In this document: in pieces, positions 1-11,809 of the stretch | How the letters are laid out: each line of letters starts with the position of its first letter | Numbering within the stretch: the first letter of the stretch is position 1 | NCBI RefSeq assembly: GCF_016433145.1 | Contig: NC_058133.1 | Location: 34,671,345 to 34,735,344, forward strand | DNA length: 64,000 nucleotides | Origin: Gracilinanus agilis | Taxonomy: Eukaryota | Direction: 5' to 3' | Made by a program: the position numbers and the translations under genes | Notes under the pieces: model-generated | What the model saw: the letters and a program-made list of their open reading frames with translations, nothing else | What the model was told of the DNA's origin: nothing | Databases searched by the model: none

Positions 1-215
1 CCTCTCCTTCTCCTTCTCTTTTTCTATCTCTCCCTCCCCTTCCCTCTTCTTCTTCCTCCTTTCTCTTTCTCATCTCTTCCTTTCTCTACTCCCCACTCCA
101 TCCCTCCCTCTCTTTGCTTTCCTCCCTTCCTTTCTCTCTATTTCTCCTTGCCCCTCTCTTTCTCATTTCTCTTCCTCCCTCTCTGTTTCTCCCTCTTTCT
201 CTCCTTTTCTCTCCA
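1..215. repeat. CT-rich polypyrimidine low-complexity tract
   Basis: Almost exclusively C/T for about 215 nt on the + strand. Confidence 0.95.
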
Positions 216-283
216 GACCAGAAATCAAGAAAGGAGAGCAGCCAAGAACTATGATCATTTCATCCTTCAAAAAATGAAGGAAC

Positions 284-492
284 AGGGACAGCTGGGTAGC
301 TCAGTGGATTGAGAGCCAGGCCTAGAGACGGGAGGTCCTGGGTTCAAATCCGGCCTCAGACACTTCCCAGCTGTGTGACCCTGGGCAAGTCACTTGACCC
401 CCATTGCCTACCCTTACCACTCTTCTGCCTTGGAGCCAATACACAGTATTGACTCCAAGACGGGAGGTAAGTGTTGAAAAAAAATTTTTTTT
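284..492 (+). mobile_element. tRNA-derived SINE (SINE1_Mdo-like), full length
   Basis: Head CAGCTGGGTAGCTCAGTGG (A box) and GGTTCAAATCC (B box), CORE-like body, A/T tail. Target-site duplication AATGAAGGAAC at 273-283 and 493-503. Family name from memory of opossum SINEs. Confidence 0.85.
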
Positions 493-844
493 AATGAAGG
501 AACCAAATTCTCTTCTAGATCTGACGTTCACTAATGGTTGGAGGACTTGTTGGAGGGGTGGGGAAAGAATTGGTAAGAAAAAGAGAAGAGAGCTAGTAAA
601 CATCTTTGATTCTTTAAAAAGCAGATTTTTAAGATTTAAGGAGAAAGGCTATATGAGGGAGTTCATCCAAAAGGGATGGGAGGCCCACAGGAGTGACATT
701 CTGAAGGCATAATTCTGTGAGGGGGCTGTCCTAGACCAGTGTGGAAGCAAAGGAAACTCAGGACTCAATTTGGATGTTCAAGACACATGCCAGGGCAGAT
801 ATTAGGATGAGTACAAAAGCATAGCACAGTCCTGTAAAAATGGA

Positions 845-1130
845 ATCAGGAAGGAAACAAGCATTTATTAAGCACCTACTATGTGCTGGGGATTGAACTA
901 AGGTCTTTCCCAATATTATCTCATTTGATCTTCACAATTTCCTTGGGAAATAGGTATTGTGATTGTTCCTGTTTTACAGTAGAGGAAGATATAGCAGACA
1001 GAGGTTTAAGTGACTTGCTTAGGGCCACAGAGCTAGCCAATGTCTGAGGCCAGTTTTAAACCCAGATCTGCCCTGACTCAAGGCCCAGGGTTCTAATCAC
1101 CATACTATGTAGCTATCTCAGGTATCAGGA
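845..1130 (-). mobile_element. MIR/Ther-1-like CORE-SINE with L2-type tail
   Basis: AAGCATTTATTAAGCACCTACTATGTG tail, then TTTTACAG..GAGGAA and GTGACTTGC..GGCCACA CORE motifs. Boundaries approximate. Confidence 0.7.
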
Positions 1131-4100
1131 ATGAAAGCATACATTTGGAATGAACTTTGTCTGGAGAAACAGGCTAAGAATAACAATAAGGATTGTGGGG
1201 TTTGGGGGTCACTACTGGGGAAAAGAGAAAGGATCAGGGAAAGCAGAGGAGCCCTGCAGGGGCCTGCAGGGCAGATATGAGAAAAGGACAATGATCACAG
1301 TCAGTGTAAGGAAGACAGAGCTGCTTGGTGCCTATTGATACCTATAGGCTGTTTCCTGACCAGACCCATCTCAAACTGCCAACTCCTGCCTCTTGATCTG
1401 AAAGCCCCCAGGTTGTACTTTTGACTCCCCCCGATGGCTATGAGGTGGGCCTCTTGGGTCTCAAAATACATATTTCTACCTGCCATGAGGTTAAGCCTCA
1501 GGAAAGATCTTAAACAGTCTATTTGCCTCCCTCATTTGTCAAGAGGTCCCTCTTTGCCTCTCTTCCTTTCCCATAATCCAGATGGCCTTTGGCCATAAAC
1601 TATCTCCTCTTTCTTCCTTCCCTCTATCCTCTTTCCCATCTCACCTGAAGAGTCAAGGCAAAACCTTCTATAATTACAAGAGATTGTTCCATCCCATTTT
1701 CCCCAGTAGATTGCCCCCTTTGTCATTCTTACTTATCTTTAATATTTTTAATGTCTACTGGCTGCTTCCCTGCTGCCTATAAATGTCTTCCCCCATTTGG
1801 ATTAAATAAAGCATTTATAACAGTGTGACATGCACTGGGCATATCTAAAAAAAAAAAACCAACTCATCTGGCCTATCCATTCCCTCTGGTTACTTTTCTA
1901 TATTATCTTCCTTTTTGTAGTTCAACTACTTGGGAAGACCATCTACAGTTGGTGCCTCTCCTCTCACTTTCTTCTAAACCCTCTGTGATCTGGCTTCCAA
2001 CCTCATTACTCAACTAAAGTTGTTCTTTCTAAAGTTACTGATGTTCTCTTAATTGCCAGATCCAATCACCTTTTTTCCATCCTTCTTGTCCTTTCTGCAG
2101 CCTCTGACAGTTAATCACCTTCTTCTACTGACTACTCTCTCCTCTCTAGGTTTTTATGTTACTGTTCTCTCCTGGTTTTTCCACTTAACTCTCTGACCAC
2201 TCTTCAATTTCCACTGCTGGACCTTCATCCTGGTCCTGCCCACTAATAATGAGTGCTCTCCAGGGCACTGACTCCCTCTGGATTCTCTTGCTTGGTGATC
2301 CCTTCAGCTCTCGTGGATTTAGGGATCATAGCCATGCATATGATTCTCACATTTTATTTATCTAGCTTTAATCTTTCATTTGAGGGAATATGAAAAACTT
2401 TAATATATTTTAAAGTTTGTCTTGTGGAAGAGGAATTAGACTTATTCTGCTTGCCTCTAAGGGGCAGGACTATAAGCAACATAGGGAAATTGTAGAGGCT
2501 GGTTCAGGCTGAATGCAGAGAAGTGACAAGAGCTGTTCCAGAGTTGGAAGGGTCTGACCTAATTGGTGCTGAATTCCACTCAATAGGTTAAAGCTTTCTA
2601 GTGTCCCATTGGTCAGGGATATTAAAGATGAGTATTTTTAGTCAGGTCTTGGGTGCCTCTGGTGCTCCCCATTGCTGAACTTCACTTATATTTCCTCAGA
2701 CACTGATCTGAGCACCTATACTAAAGCTTGTTCAAAATCCATTGTGGGCTCCCTAATGCATTTCTGATTAAAATATGGTCTCCTCAGCTCAACCCTGGAG
2801 ATTGACAGCATTCTGGACACAACCTCCCATTCTGGCTACCTCTCGCACCAGCCTCCTTCACTTCTAAAACTTCCTTCCACTCATGCTGGTCTACAAACTC
2901 AAAATTCCATCTGCTGCCTCTGTTTTTTCCCAATTCATGACCCATACCTGCAACTCCTTCCCTCTATACTTGCCTTTTGGGAACTTCCTTCTAGGATCTT
3001 CCTTCTAGGATCAGTCCAGGTGCCACTTCTTTTCTAAAGTCCTTCATTTGTCCTCTAATTGGTGTTTTCTTTCTTCTCAAATTTTCCAAGAATCTTTTGT
3101 CTGGTCTCTCCTTTTGCCCCTTCATTTTGTACTGTATTTAGCAGGGTCTGTAATGGGGAATAGCTTTGGGAGTTTCTGAGCAACCACAAGAGCTACCATA
3201 TGAGAAACTGAGTCAGCAGGTCATGGGATATATGAAGATGACTGAGTATAGGTTAATCTTGTTGCAGGAATGAAGCCAAATGAAAAGATGGAAGATAGTG
3301 GGAAAAGCATAAGCATTTATATGGCACTTATTATGTGCCAGGCACTGTGCTAAAACTTTATAAATCTTTCATTCAATCCCCATTTAACAAGTGAGGAAAC
3401 TGAGGCACTCAACTAATAAGTGTTTGAGGCCAAATTTGATCTCAGGTCTATCTAATGCTCTATTCACTGCATCACCTGGCTGCTTCAGGAAAGACTTTGG
3501 ACCTAGAGATTCTTCCCATACAGCTGAGATGGGGCAGGTAGGTAGGCAGATAGTAGTCTCTAATTACTTATAGCTTCTGGTACTGCTGCAGATATAATCC
3601 CAGCTGATCCAAGACCAAGGCAGAGACTGGATTGGTGAGTGGAGCCAATGACCAGAGGCTGAGACAGCTAGACTGGACTGGAAACCACCCTGAGACCTCA
3701 GCTGTTGGGGACCCTGGGCCAAGAGAAGGAACCCAAGCTTCTGACCTTCTCATTTGTTTTCTCTAATTGTTTTCAGAGTTAATCTGTGGGTCCTTAGACT
3801 TGTAACTCTTTCCTCAAACTTTCCCCCTTATATTCCTGGGAAGTGAGAGGGAAGTAGAACTGATCAATGGGAGGCAGACAGAGGGTGCCACCTACTAGGT
3901 CCTAACTAGCTCTCATATTGATTTCTTTGCTCAATCAAATTCCTACATAGGAGTCAACTAGGGGGCTCAGTAGACAGAGAGCCAAGGCTAGAGACCCTGG
4001 GCAAGTCACTTAAGCCCCATTGCCTAGCCCTTATTGCTCTTCTGCCTTAGAACCAGTATGTAATATTGTTTCTAAGACAAAAGGTAATTTTTTAAATGCC

Positions 4101-4969
4101 TGTGTGATCCCAGTGTGGATAGCCTGTGTAAAAGAATATAACAAGTCCTTTGGATAAAGAGGGGAAAATTTCCTAGGAAAATTATGATGGGTGCTAGAGC
4201 CCCACTGAGGTCTCTAGAATCCTCATGTTTTAGAGCAATTCTTTGTGCAAACTCCTAGATCAACCCAACCTTTAGCATAATGCCTGGCACTTAATAAACA
4301 CTTAGTAAATATTTATTAATTCATGTTGAATTGTGGTCAGTGCTGGGCTGCCATGGGAAGTCTGGGTGTTTGGGGTAAGGGGAAGTAGGGTAAAAATTTG
4401 TCAAGGAGTGCCCTCTGGTGAGGAGCAGTGATAGGACAGCCTTTGGGAAAGCCAGCACATGCACACAGGATGTTCAGACAAAACCACTTTATTGGTGACT
4501 TGAGGTATTCTATCACCTGGTGTCTAAATGATAGACCACATACCCAAGGCATGCAAACTTAATGAATTATTTAATCGATAAATGACAGCCTGCTTTTCTG
4601 TAGGCTTACAAAAATCACAAGACTAGCCAGGCACAGGTTGGTAGCAGGATCACTTGATTACTATCACAACACTTCAGATTCACCAGGGATGCCTACCAAA
4701 TGTACAAATATTTGGTTTGATATTTCCTTTCTTTTTTAAATCCATCCCTTCCATCTTAGAATCAATACTGTGTATTGGTTCCAAGGCAGAAAAGTGGTGA
4801 AAGTTACACAATGGGGGTGAAGTGACTTGCCCAGGGTCACACAGCTGGGAAGTGCCAGAGGTCAGATTTGAACCCAGGACCTCCGGTCTCCAGCCCTGGC
4901 TTTCTATCCACTGGCTCCCCTAGATTTCTCTTGTTTTACTTTTCTTTTGAGCAGGTTACCCACTGTGGA

Positions 4970-5262
4970 AATTTTGGGTGGATTAGGTTGGAACTTAGTG
5001 GGGTGGTTTACAAGATAACTAATATAGACATTAGGAAATTTTCTTTCCCTACCTCTTTCCTATATTCTCTCCTTTACTATATTCTTTTACTATCTCTATT
5101 TTAATTAAACTAAATTGTTAATTGTTAAAAGCTGCTAAAAGTTTTCTTTTCTCTGGCTTAAAGGCATAATATTAATTTACAACTCCACTATATTCTCATT
5201 AAAACTTAAATTATTAAAAGCTGCTCTCTTATTTCGTCAAAACCCCTATTTTAACCCTTACA
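4970..5262 (+). mobile_element. 5' LTR remnant (3' ~290 bp only)
   Basis: Aligns to about 11125-11419 with roughly 15 differences in about 270 nt by eye. Ends in CA just before the PBS. The upstream part of the LTR is missing and no TSD was found. Confidence 0.85.
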
Positions 5263-5268
5263 TTTAAT

Positions 5269-5286
5269 TGGCAACCACGAAGGGAC
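5269..5286 (+). promoter_or_regulatory. Retroviral primer-binding site, tRNA-Arg(CCG) type
   Basis: TGGCAACCACGAAGGGAC lies 6 nt after the LTR-terminal CA. It differs by one G>A from TGGCGACCACGAAGGGAC, the complement of the 3' 18 nt of tRNA-Arg(CCG) as I recall it. Confidence 0.8.
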
Positions 5287-5743
5287 CTCAAACCCACAAC
5301 CTTCTGATCTTTTTCCTTGCTTTTTACTGAAACTCTCCCTAAGTCAAGTTCCTAGCAGTTAATTCTGTTACAGCCGTTGATCCTTTATGTTAAACAGCAC
5401 CATCTACTGACAGAAAGTAGAACTGCAAACAAAATTAACAATTAGATTAACTCTGATTCTGAGTAGTCTAGTTCAAGATATGATGCTGTTTCTTGTCTAG
5501 CTAAAGTGGCTTATTATCCAACAGAATATTTCACAGTGGCTCTATATAGCACTATTCCTATCTGTACTCATACCAATAGGAGGCCTGGCATTCTACCTAT
5601 TCCTCAGGAAAAAAAACAAAACAATAATTTGTTCAACCTCAAAGCTGAACTAAAAGCTCATGTTGAAAAAAACTCGAGTAACTTTGAGAAGAAGCTGGAG
5701 GAAATTTTGGGGAACCTCAAGACTTATATAAAAAGCATTGAGA

Positions 5744-5906
5744 TTGAGAGCCAGGCCTAGAGACGGGAGGTCCTAGGTTCAAATCCGGCCTCAGACACTT
5801 CCCAGCTGTGTGACCCTGGGCAGGTCACTTGACCCCCATTGCCTACCCTTACCACTCTTCCACCTATAAGTCAATACACAGAAGTTAAGGGTTTAAAATT
5901 AAAAAA
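5744..5906 (+). mobile_element. 5'-truncated young SINE (SINE1_Mdo-like) inserted in gag
   Basis: B box GGTTCAAATCC and poly-A tail. Perfect 14-bp TSD AAAAAGCATTGAGA at 5730-5743 and 5907-5920. Confidence 0.9.
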
Positions 5907-6354
5907 AAAAAGCATTGAGAAAGGTTTGAGAAATCCCCAGAGTAAGAAGGGAGATTTATCTCTCAATATTCCCTCATCATTAGAGGCAACTCAGTCTCTG
6001 TCCAGTCCTGCCTCATGCATTTCTGCTCATACTCAAATCACCTCAACTCCTCCTCGTCCTGTTCTATCTCTAAATCTACCCAAACTCTTCCCACTCAACT
6101 TATTTCCCCACCTACACTTATTACCTGTTCTATGGCAACTCAAACACAAAGCCAAGTGGCAGAAACCTAAAATAATTCAGTTATAGGCCTATTTCTCTTA
6201 AAAGAAGTACCCACCTTTAATAAGAATGGAGATATAATTTTGCTAAGGCATTATACTCACTCCCCCCCCCAAGAGATTGAGAGATTCAAGCAAAATATTT
6301 CTTCTTTTGAAGATGATTCAATTGTGATTATTAAAAAGCTAGAGAGCATTTTTT

Positions 6355-7892
6355 CTTTTTTTTAATTTTTATTTTGAATATTTTCCCAGTTACATGTTTC
6401 CTGTTCTTTCCCTCTCCCCCAAATCCCCCTATCTCCCCTTAGACGATGCACAATTCCACTGGGGTTTACATGTATCATTGGTTAAGACCTAATTCCATAT
6501 TATTGATAGTTGGACTAGAGTTATCTTTTAATGTCTACATCCCCAATAATATCCCCATCAGCCCATGTGTTCAAGCAGTTGTTTTTCTTCTGTGTTTCTC
6601 CTCCCACAGTTTTTCCTCTTAATGTGGCTAGTTTTCTTTCTCATAAGTCCCTCAACCTTGCTCTGGATTCTTGCATTGCTGCTAGTAGGGAAGTCCATTA
6701 TGTTTGATTGTACTACAGTGTATCACACAGTCTCTGTGTACAGTGTTCTGGATCTGCTCCTTTCACTCTGCATCAATTCCTGGAGGTCATTCCAGTTCAC
6801 ATGGAATTCCTCCAGTTCTTTATTCCTTTGAGCTGTGAAAACATGGAGGCACCAGGGATGTTACAATAAATCTAAATGGTTGTGGGTACACACACTGGGT
6901 TGTAGGAGAGACTGGACCAGGATAGGGGGACCAGAGATCACAGCTGAGCTGCTCCTAACTGACAAAAAATGGCTGCTGGCCAACTGTCACTACTGGTCCA
7001 GAGTCTTTGAAACCAACAGGCAAGGTAAAAGGTTTTAACAGGTTTAATTATGTCCAACTAAAAGGTGGGATAGGGGATTCTACTCTAAAACTTAAATGTC
7101 AAAACCACAGGGCAAGGGGAGGACTTCTCTACTCTAATCTTAGTGATCTAAGCAGGCAGAGCCCGAAGGAACAGTAATGGAGTCTCTGAGGGCTGCTTCA
7201 AACCTGGCTCCAGCCAGGTTTGACCAGCACAGTTAAGGGGCCCGTGGGTGACTTTGTGGGTTTCTCACGGTAATCCACAGATGATCTTAGGATGCCAAAA
7301 GCCAAGGTGGTCCAAGGTATCCAAGTAGAGTGAGCGTGCTTGAGATGCTGTCCACCAGATCCCAAACTCCTCCTCCCCTTGGTGCTGCTCTTTAGTTCTT
7401 GTCCCCTTGCTAGATGCCACCACCACATAGGATCCCAGAGAAATCAGGATGAAGGCTGAGATCTCCCAGGGCTAGCAACAGTTTATGCCAACCCCTAATG
7501 GAGTCTCTCTCAGGGCACAAGCCACTTCCTGCTCCTTCATTCCATCTTGGAATGCTCCAACCTTCCTGCCCCTAATACTTAATTAATTACTATCTAATCT
7601 TCCTCACAACAGAGCACAGTAGTATTCCATCACCAACAGATACCACAATTTGTTCAGCCATTCCCCAATCAAAGGACATTCTCTCATTTTCCAATTTTTT
7701 GCCACCACAAAGAGCGAGGCTATAAATATTTTTGTACAAGTCTTTTCCCTTATTGTTTCTTTGGGGTATAATCCAAGCAGTGCTATGGCTGAATCAAAAG
7801 GCAGATAGTCTTTTAAAGCCCTTTGGGCATAGTTCCAAATTGCTATCCAGAATGGTTGGATCAATTCACAACTCCACCAACAATGCATTAAT
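6355..7892 (-). mobile_element. 5'-truncated L1 (ORF2 C-terminus plus 3' UTR) inserted antisense in gag, split by a solo LTR
   Basis: Minus-strand peptide 'CWWSCELIQPFWIAIWNYAQRALKDYLPFDSAIALLGLYPKE...KIFIASLFVVAKNWK...EWLNKLWYLLVMEYYCA' matches the L1 ORF2 C-terminus. T-rich tail at about 6355. TSD GAGAGCATTTTTT at 6342-6354 and 7893-7905. Confidence 0.9.
6834..7611. mobile_element. Solo LTR (778 bp, ERV1-type 4-bp TSD) nested in the L1
   Basis: Starts TG (TGTGAAAA), ends CA (CACAACA), flanked by GAGC at 6830-6833 and 7612-7615. Removing it restores L1 'TTCCTTTGAGCACAGTAGTATTCC' (compare 51698-51721). Orientation not firmly established; an ATTAAA on the minus strand near 7045 favours minus. 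Confidence 0.8.
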
Positions 7893-8833
7893 GAGAGCAT
7901 TTTTTTGCATAAATGATCCCATATGGACTGATATTGAAAATTTGCTCCAAGATTTTTTTGACTGAAAAAGAGAAAAATAAAATTGTCTCTCTTATCAACC
8001 AGACTCAGGGAAGGAGAGCAGTTCATTGGCCTCTGCAAGACCCAAAATGGAACCCCAACAATGAGTGAGATTACACAAGACTAGAGGCAGACTAGAGAGG
8101 CATTATTAACTGCAATGCGAGCTTGCTCTGATAGGCCTGGTACATGGATGAAATTTGAAAATTTTAAACAAAACCCCAATAAAAATCCATCCCAATTTAT
8201 GGATAGACTTATTGAGCTGGGAGGTAGATATATAGACCTGGATCTTGCCAGAGAAAGGGATGTCAGACAAATAAGGAGACAGTTTGTGAAAAACTGTTAT
8301 AAAGTGGTCAGAGATTATTTTAAGACCAATTGTCCGAATTGGGCTAATATAGACCTTGAATAATTGAGGAGAGTAGCAGTTTATATATTTAATGGCCATG
8401 AAAAGAAAGATGAGGAGAAACGTGACTTAATAGAGACATTAAGGAGAGAAATTAAAAGTTTAAAGGAGGAAATTAAAAGAGAAAAAGCAAATTGAGCAGT
8501 GGTCATAGCTTCTTTTCAAGAATACACAAATCAAACACCAATGTGTTACTTCTGGGGAAAAAGGGGTCATGTAATGTTAAACTGTAGAAACTAGAACCAG
8601 ATACTCAATAACATACATTTTAGAAATAATGGAAACTCTATGAATAACAACTTTAGAAATAATAACAATTATAGAAACAATAACAACAGAAACACATTTA
8701 GAAATACTAATCCAAATGAGGCAAATGATAATTTACAACAATATATCCAAATGGGGCTTGCCCATGCTATGCTAAGGGTGGAAATCCCCCTCAATGAGAG
8801 GAAACCCAGAGAAATGGCCAAGGATCTTTGTGA

Positions 8834-9030
8834 TGGTATGAAAGGGGAGAAAGGACTCTGGAATCAGAGAGTGAAACCTTTGATTTCCCAGACACTGATA
8901 TCGTAACACCAGTTATCCCAGTCCATTCTCCCCTACATTATAATGAACAGCATGGAACCCTGAAAGTTGCTTATTATGATTGCCTCTTAGACACTGGAGC
9001 TTCCAGATACTGCTGCAAAACTCACTGCCT
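8834..9030 (+). pseudogene. pro: ERV protease stub joined by deletion to an RNase H fragment
   Basis: The frame is open from the gag TGA through 'YYDCLLDTGAS' (catalytic DTG at 8990-8998). It is followed at once by an RNase H-like 'AAKLTAL/TRA' remnant. The RT domain is absent. Confidence 0.7.
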
Positions 9031-9189
9031 TACAAGGGCCTGAACTAATTCTAACTTTGGCAACTAGTAACAAATCAGATTTATCCCTTTCTTATAATAA
9101 AAAGGAAGTGAAAAATGGAAACAAAAATTCAAAATAAAACAAATTTATGGAGTATGGGTATCATCTGAAGGAAAACCCCTGCTCCCTAG

Positions 9190-10180
9190 AAGTTTTTTTT
9201 TTTATCACCAAATATATCAATCCATTCATAAAAATGGTCATTTTGGAACCCAAGGCATTGTAGACTCTGCTAAAAGAGTATGGAGAGCCCCTGGTATAAC
9301 TACCATAGCCTTTAAAGTGTGTGCAGCCTGCTCCACCTGTCAAGCATTATAACCAACATGCCTTTTGTGGAAAAGCTTTTGGTGGATGTCCTCTGGCTTA
9401 CATACCTTTTGAACATCTGCAGATTGATTTTATTACAATGTCAAAGCCTGGACATTATAAATTTTGTCTAGTCATAGTAGACCAGCTGACCAGATGGCTG
9501 GAAGCATTTCCTACCACTCAAGCCACAATGGGTTTTGTTGCCAAAGTGCTCTTAAAAGAAATTATACCTCGTTTTGGCCTGCCAGCATGTATTGATTCAG
9601 ACAGGGGAACTCATTTTACTGATTCAGGTTTTTTCTCACATTTATTCCTGTTTGGGGATAACTCCTAAATTCCATGTACCATATCATTCCCAGAATTCAG
9701 GCCAAGTTGAAAGAATGAATAGAGAACTTAATACCATGGTTGGAAAACTAATTTAAAATGGCCTGAGGTTCTTCTTCAAGTCCTATTTTATCTTCAAAGT
9801 ATGTCCAGGGGAGATCTACACATTTCACCATTTGAGATGATTTTTGGACATCCGCCTATACAAGCTAAGCCTCTTCCCCCTGCATATACTTCATGCTAGG
9901 GGGAGATACTTCTATTGCTTCCTATATATGGGATTTACAAATAAAATTAAGAGAACTTCAAGAATCCGGAACTGTAATATAAGCAGGACCTATAGACTTT
10001 TCACTTCATGATCTAAACCCAGGAGACAAAGTATATATAAAGAACTTCCAGTGCACAGGGGCAACCGAGACAGTCTGGGAAGGTCCAGTACTTGAAGGTT
10101 TCAAGTACTGTTAACCACTCCAACAGCTATAAAAATTAGAGAAAAGACCTTGTGGATACATTACTCCCACATAAAATGAA
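9190..10180 (+). pseudogene. pol: ERV integrase (HHCC plus DDE core), frameshifted
   Basis: 'HKNGHFGTQG...CAACSTC', 'PFEHLQIDFITM', 'LVIVDQLTRWLEAFP', 'IIPRFGLPACIDSDRGTHFT', 'YHSQNSGQVERMNREL' and C-terminal 'WIHYSHIK'. Confidence 0.9.
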
Positions 10181-10581
10181 TACCTTCATTCGAAACTTAT
10201 TGACTATATCCTGTCATTTGCATTGAAGATAAATCTACAGAGACAACTGGACACTATTTTCACTGACAGTGTGATACAGAATTTTTATTTTTTAAATGGG
10301 ATATTTGATTTTTCCTTGAACTTGAAGCACATGATAAATAATTTTTTTGATTTTGCAATAGAATGAGTTTAGACATCCATTAGCCAATGGGTAAGTGTAT
10401 AATTTATATTATATTATAGAATTTGTATTTTGTTTTAAATATGTGTACTGGCGTGTATTCTATTTAGAAATGATTACTATTATTATACTTTTATAGGACT
10501 ATAGAGAAAATTTAAAATAAGTAAATGATAAGTGTTACAAAGTGTTTATAAGTGTTGGTCAACACCTGCCTCAGGGGAAAT

Positions 10582-11419
10582 TGATTGCATATTTTTATGT
10601 ATTATCTGTTATATACTTTTTTATGTAGTATCTATTAGATTTAAATTGATATCTCCAGGTTCTTATTTTCTATAGAGTAGAATTTTCATAAATTCTAAGA
10701 TTTAGGATTGTATTATTTGTAATTGTAATTTGTAATTATTTATAACTGGGAATTGTATTTTATAAAACCATAGAGACAGGAAGTGAGGTAGAAAGGAGGA
10801 TATAAAAGGAGCCAGGTGAGTTGGTCAGCCTGTCAGTTGCTGACAGTTGTGAGGAAGTTGGTTGCTGGGTGTTAGTTGGTCATTGGGGGTTGGTTGCTAG
10901 TGGTGTGGATTGGTGATAAGTTGGTGGTTGGCATTTCGTTGCTGAAATATAAAGGTGGGCTTGAGCTTACTAAGAGGGCTTTTGGCTTTAGAGGGCTTTT
11001 TGCCTTTTGGGTTTTTGTTTTGGGCTGCTGAGTTTTTCCCTTCCCTTTAACTTTTTGGGAGGTGACTGGTTTTCATTGACAGAACTAATTGGGGTTGGAT
11101 TAAACACTGATTGGATTGGTTCTGATTGGGTTGGATTGGGTTGCAACTTTGTGGGGTGGTTGTTTATAGGATAACTAGTATAGACATTAGGAAATTTTCT
11201 TTCTCTACCTCTTTCCTATATTTCTCTCCTTTACTATATTCTTTTACTATCTCTATTTTAATTAAACTAAATTGTTAATTGTTAAAAGCTGCTAGAAGTT
11301 ATCTTTTCTCTGGCTTAAAGGGATGATATTAATTTACAATTCTACTATATTCTCATTAAAACTTAAATTATTAAAAAATGCTCTCTTATTTTGTCAAAAC
11401 CCCTATTTTAACCCTTACA
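10582..11419 (+). mobile_element. 3' LTR (about 840 bp)
   Basis: Preceded by a purine tract AGGGGAAA (10573-10580), starts TG, ends CA. Its last ~290 bp match the 5' LTR remnant. Contains TATAAA motifs (10801, about 10946), an ATTGG cluster (11088-11139) and ATTAAA. The left boundary is inferred from the PPT only. Confidence 0.7.
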
Positions 11420-11809
11420 AAACGGGATGTTATTTTAGTTTTTTGTTATGCTGTTTTATTAGGACATTGTTGTAGACCAGCTGCTTGTGATGTAGGAATT
11501 CTAAGGAAAGAGGTACCCAAAACCAGGGTGATTAGTCCAAACTTTATTAGGGTATTTGTTTATAGGAGACCCTTGTAGCAGTACCTTTAGAGAGACAACA
11601 AGTAGCAGGGCACAAGTCCACAGAGTGGCTTTGTTCTTAAGTTATTTACATGACTTTGACCCAAACTTCTTAAGTACAGGTGGGTTGAAACATGAAGGAT
11701 ATATGTGGAGGGCATGTGGCTGAAGTTGAAGGATATGTAAATGTTCAGTCAAGATGGAATTGGCTACTGGCCACACATCATTCTTGACCTGGTGAAAAAT
11801 TTTTTTCTT

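Larger units (their letters stand above)
5506..8833 (+). pseudogene. gag: ERV gag, disrupted by SINE, L1 and LTR insertions, stops and frameshifts
   Basis: N-terminal coiled-coil and Pro/Ser-rich region (5506-6186, frame restored when the SINE is removed). Capsid-like 'DPIWTDIENLLQDF', 'WPLQDPKWNPN' and MHR-like 'KQNPNKNPSQFMDRLIE' (about 8165-8215). Degenerate Zn knuckle 'CYFWGKRGHVMLNC' (about 8542-8585). TGA at 8831-8833. The start coordinate is uncertain. Confidence 0.8.
4970..11419 (+). mobile_element. Decayed class I (gamma/epsilon-like) endogenous retrovirus, non-autonomous, with nested insertions
   Basis: Order is LTR remnant, PBS, gag (capsid, MHR, Zn knuckle), TGA, protease DTGA, integrase, polypurine tract, LTR. 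The shared parts of the two LTRs both end ...TATTTTAACCCTTACA. Confidence 0.9.

Noticed and set aside
284-360. tRNA-like A/B boxes here and in many similar copies
   Set aside because: These are SINE heads followed by CORE bodies, tails and TSDs, with no cloverleaf or acceptor stem, so they are not tRNA genes.
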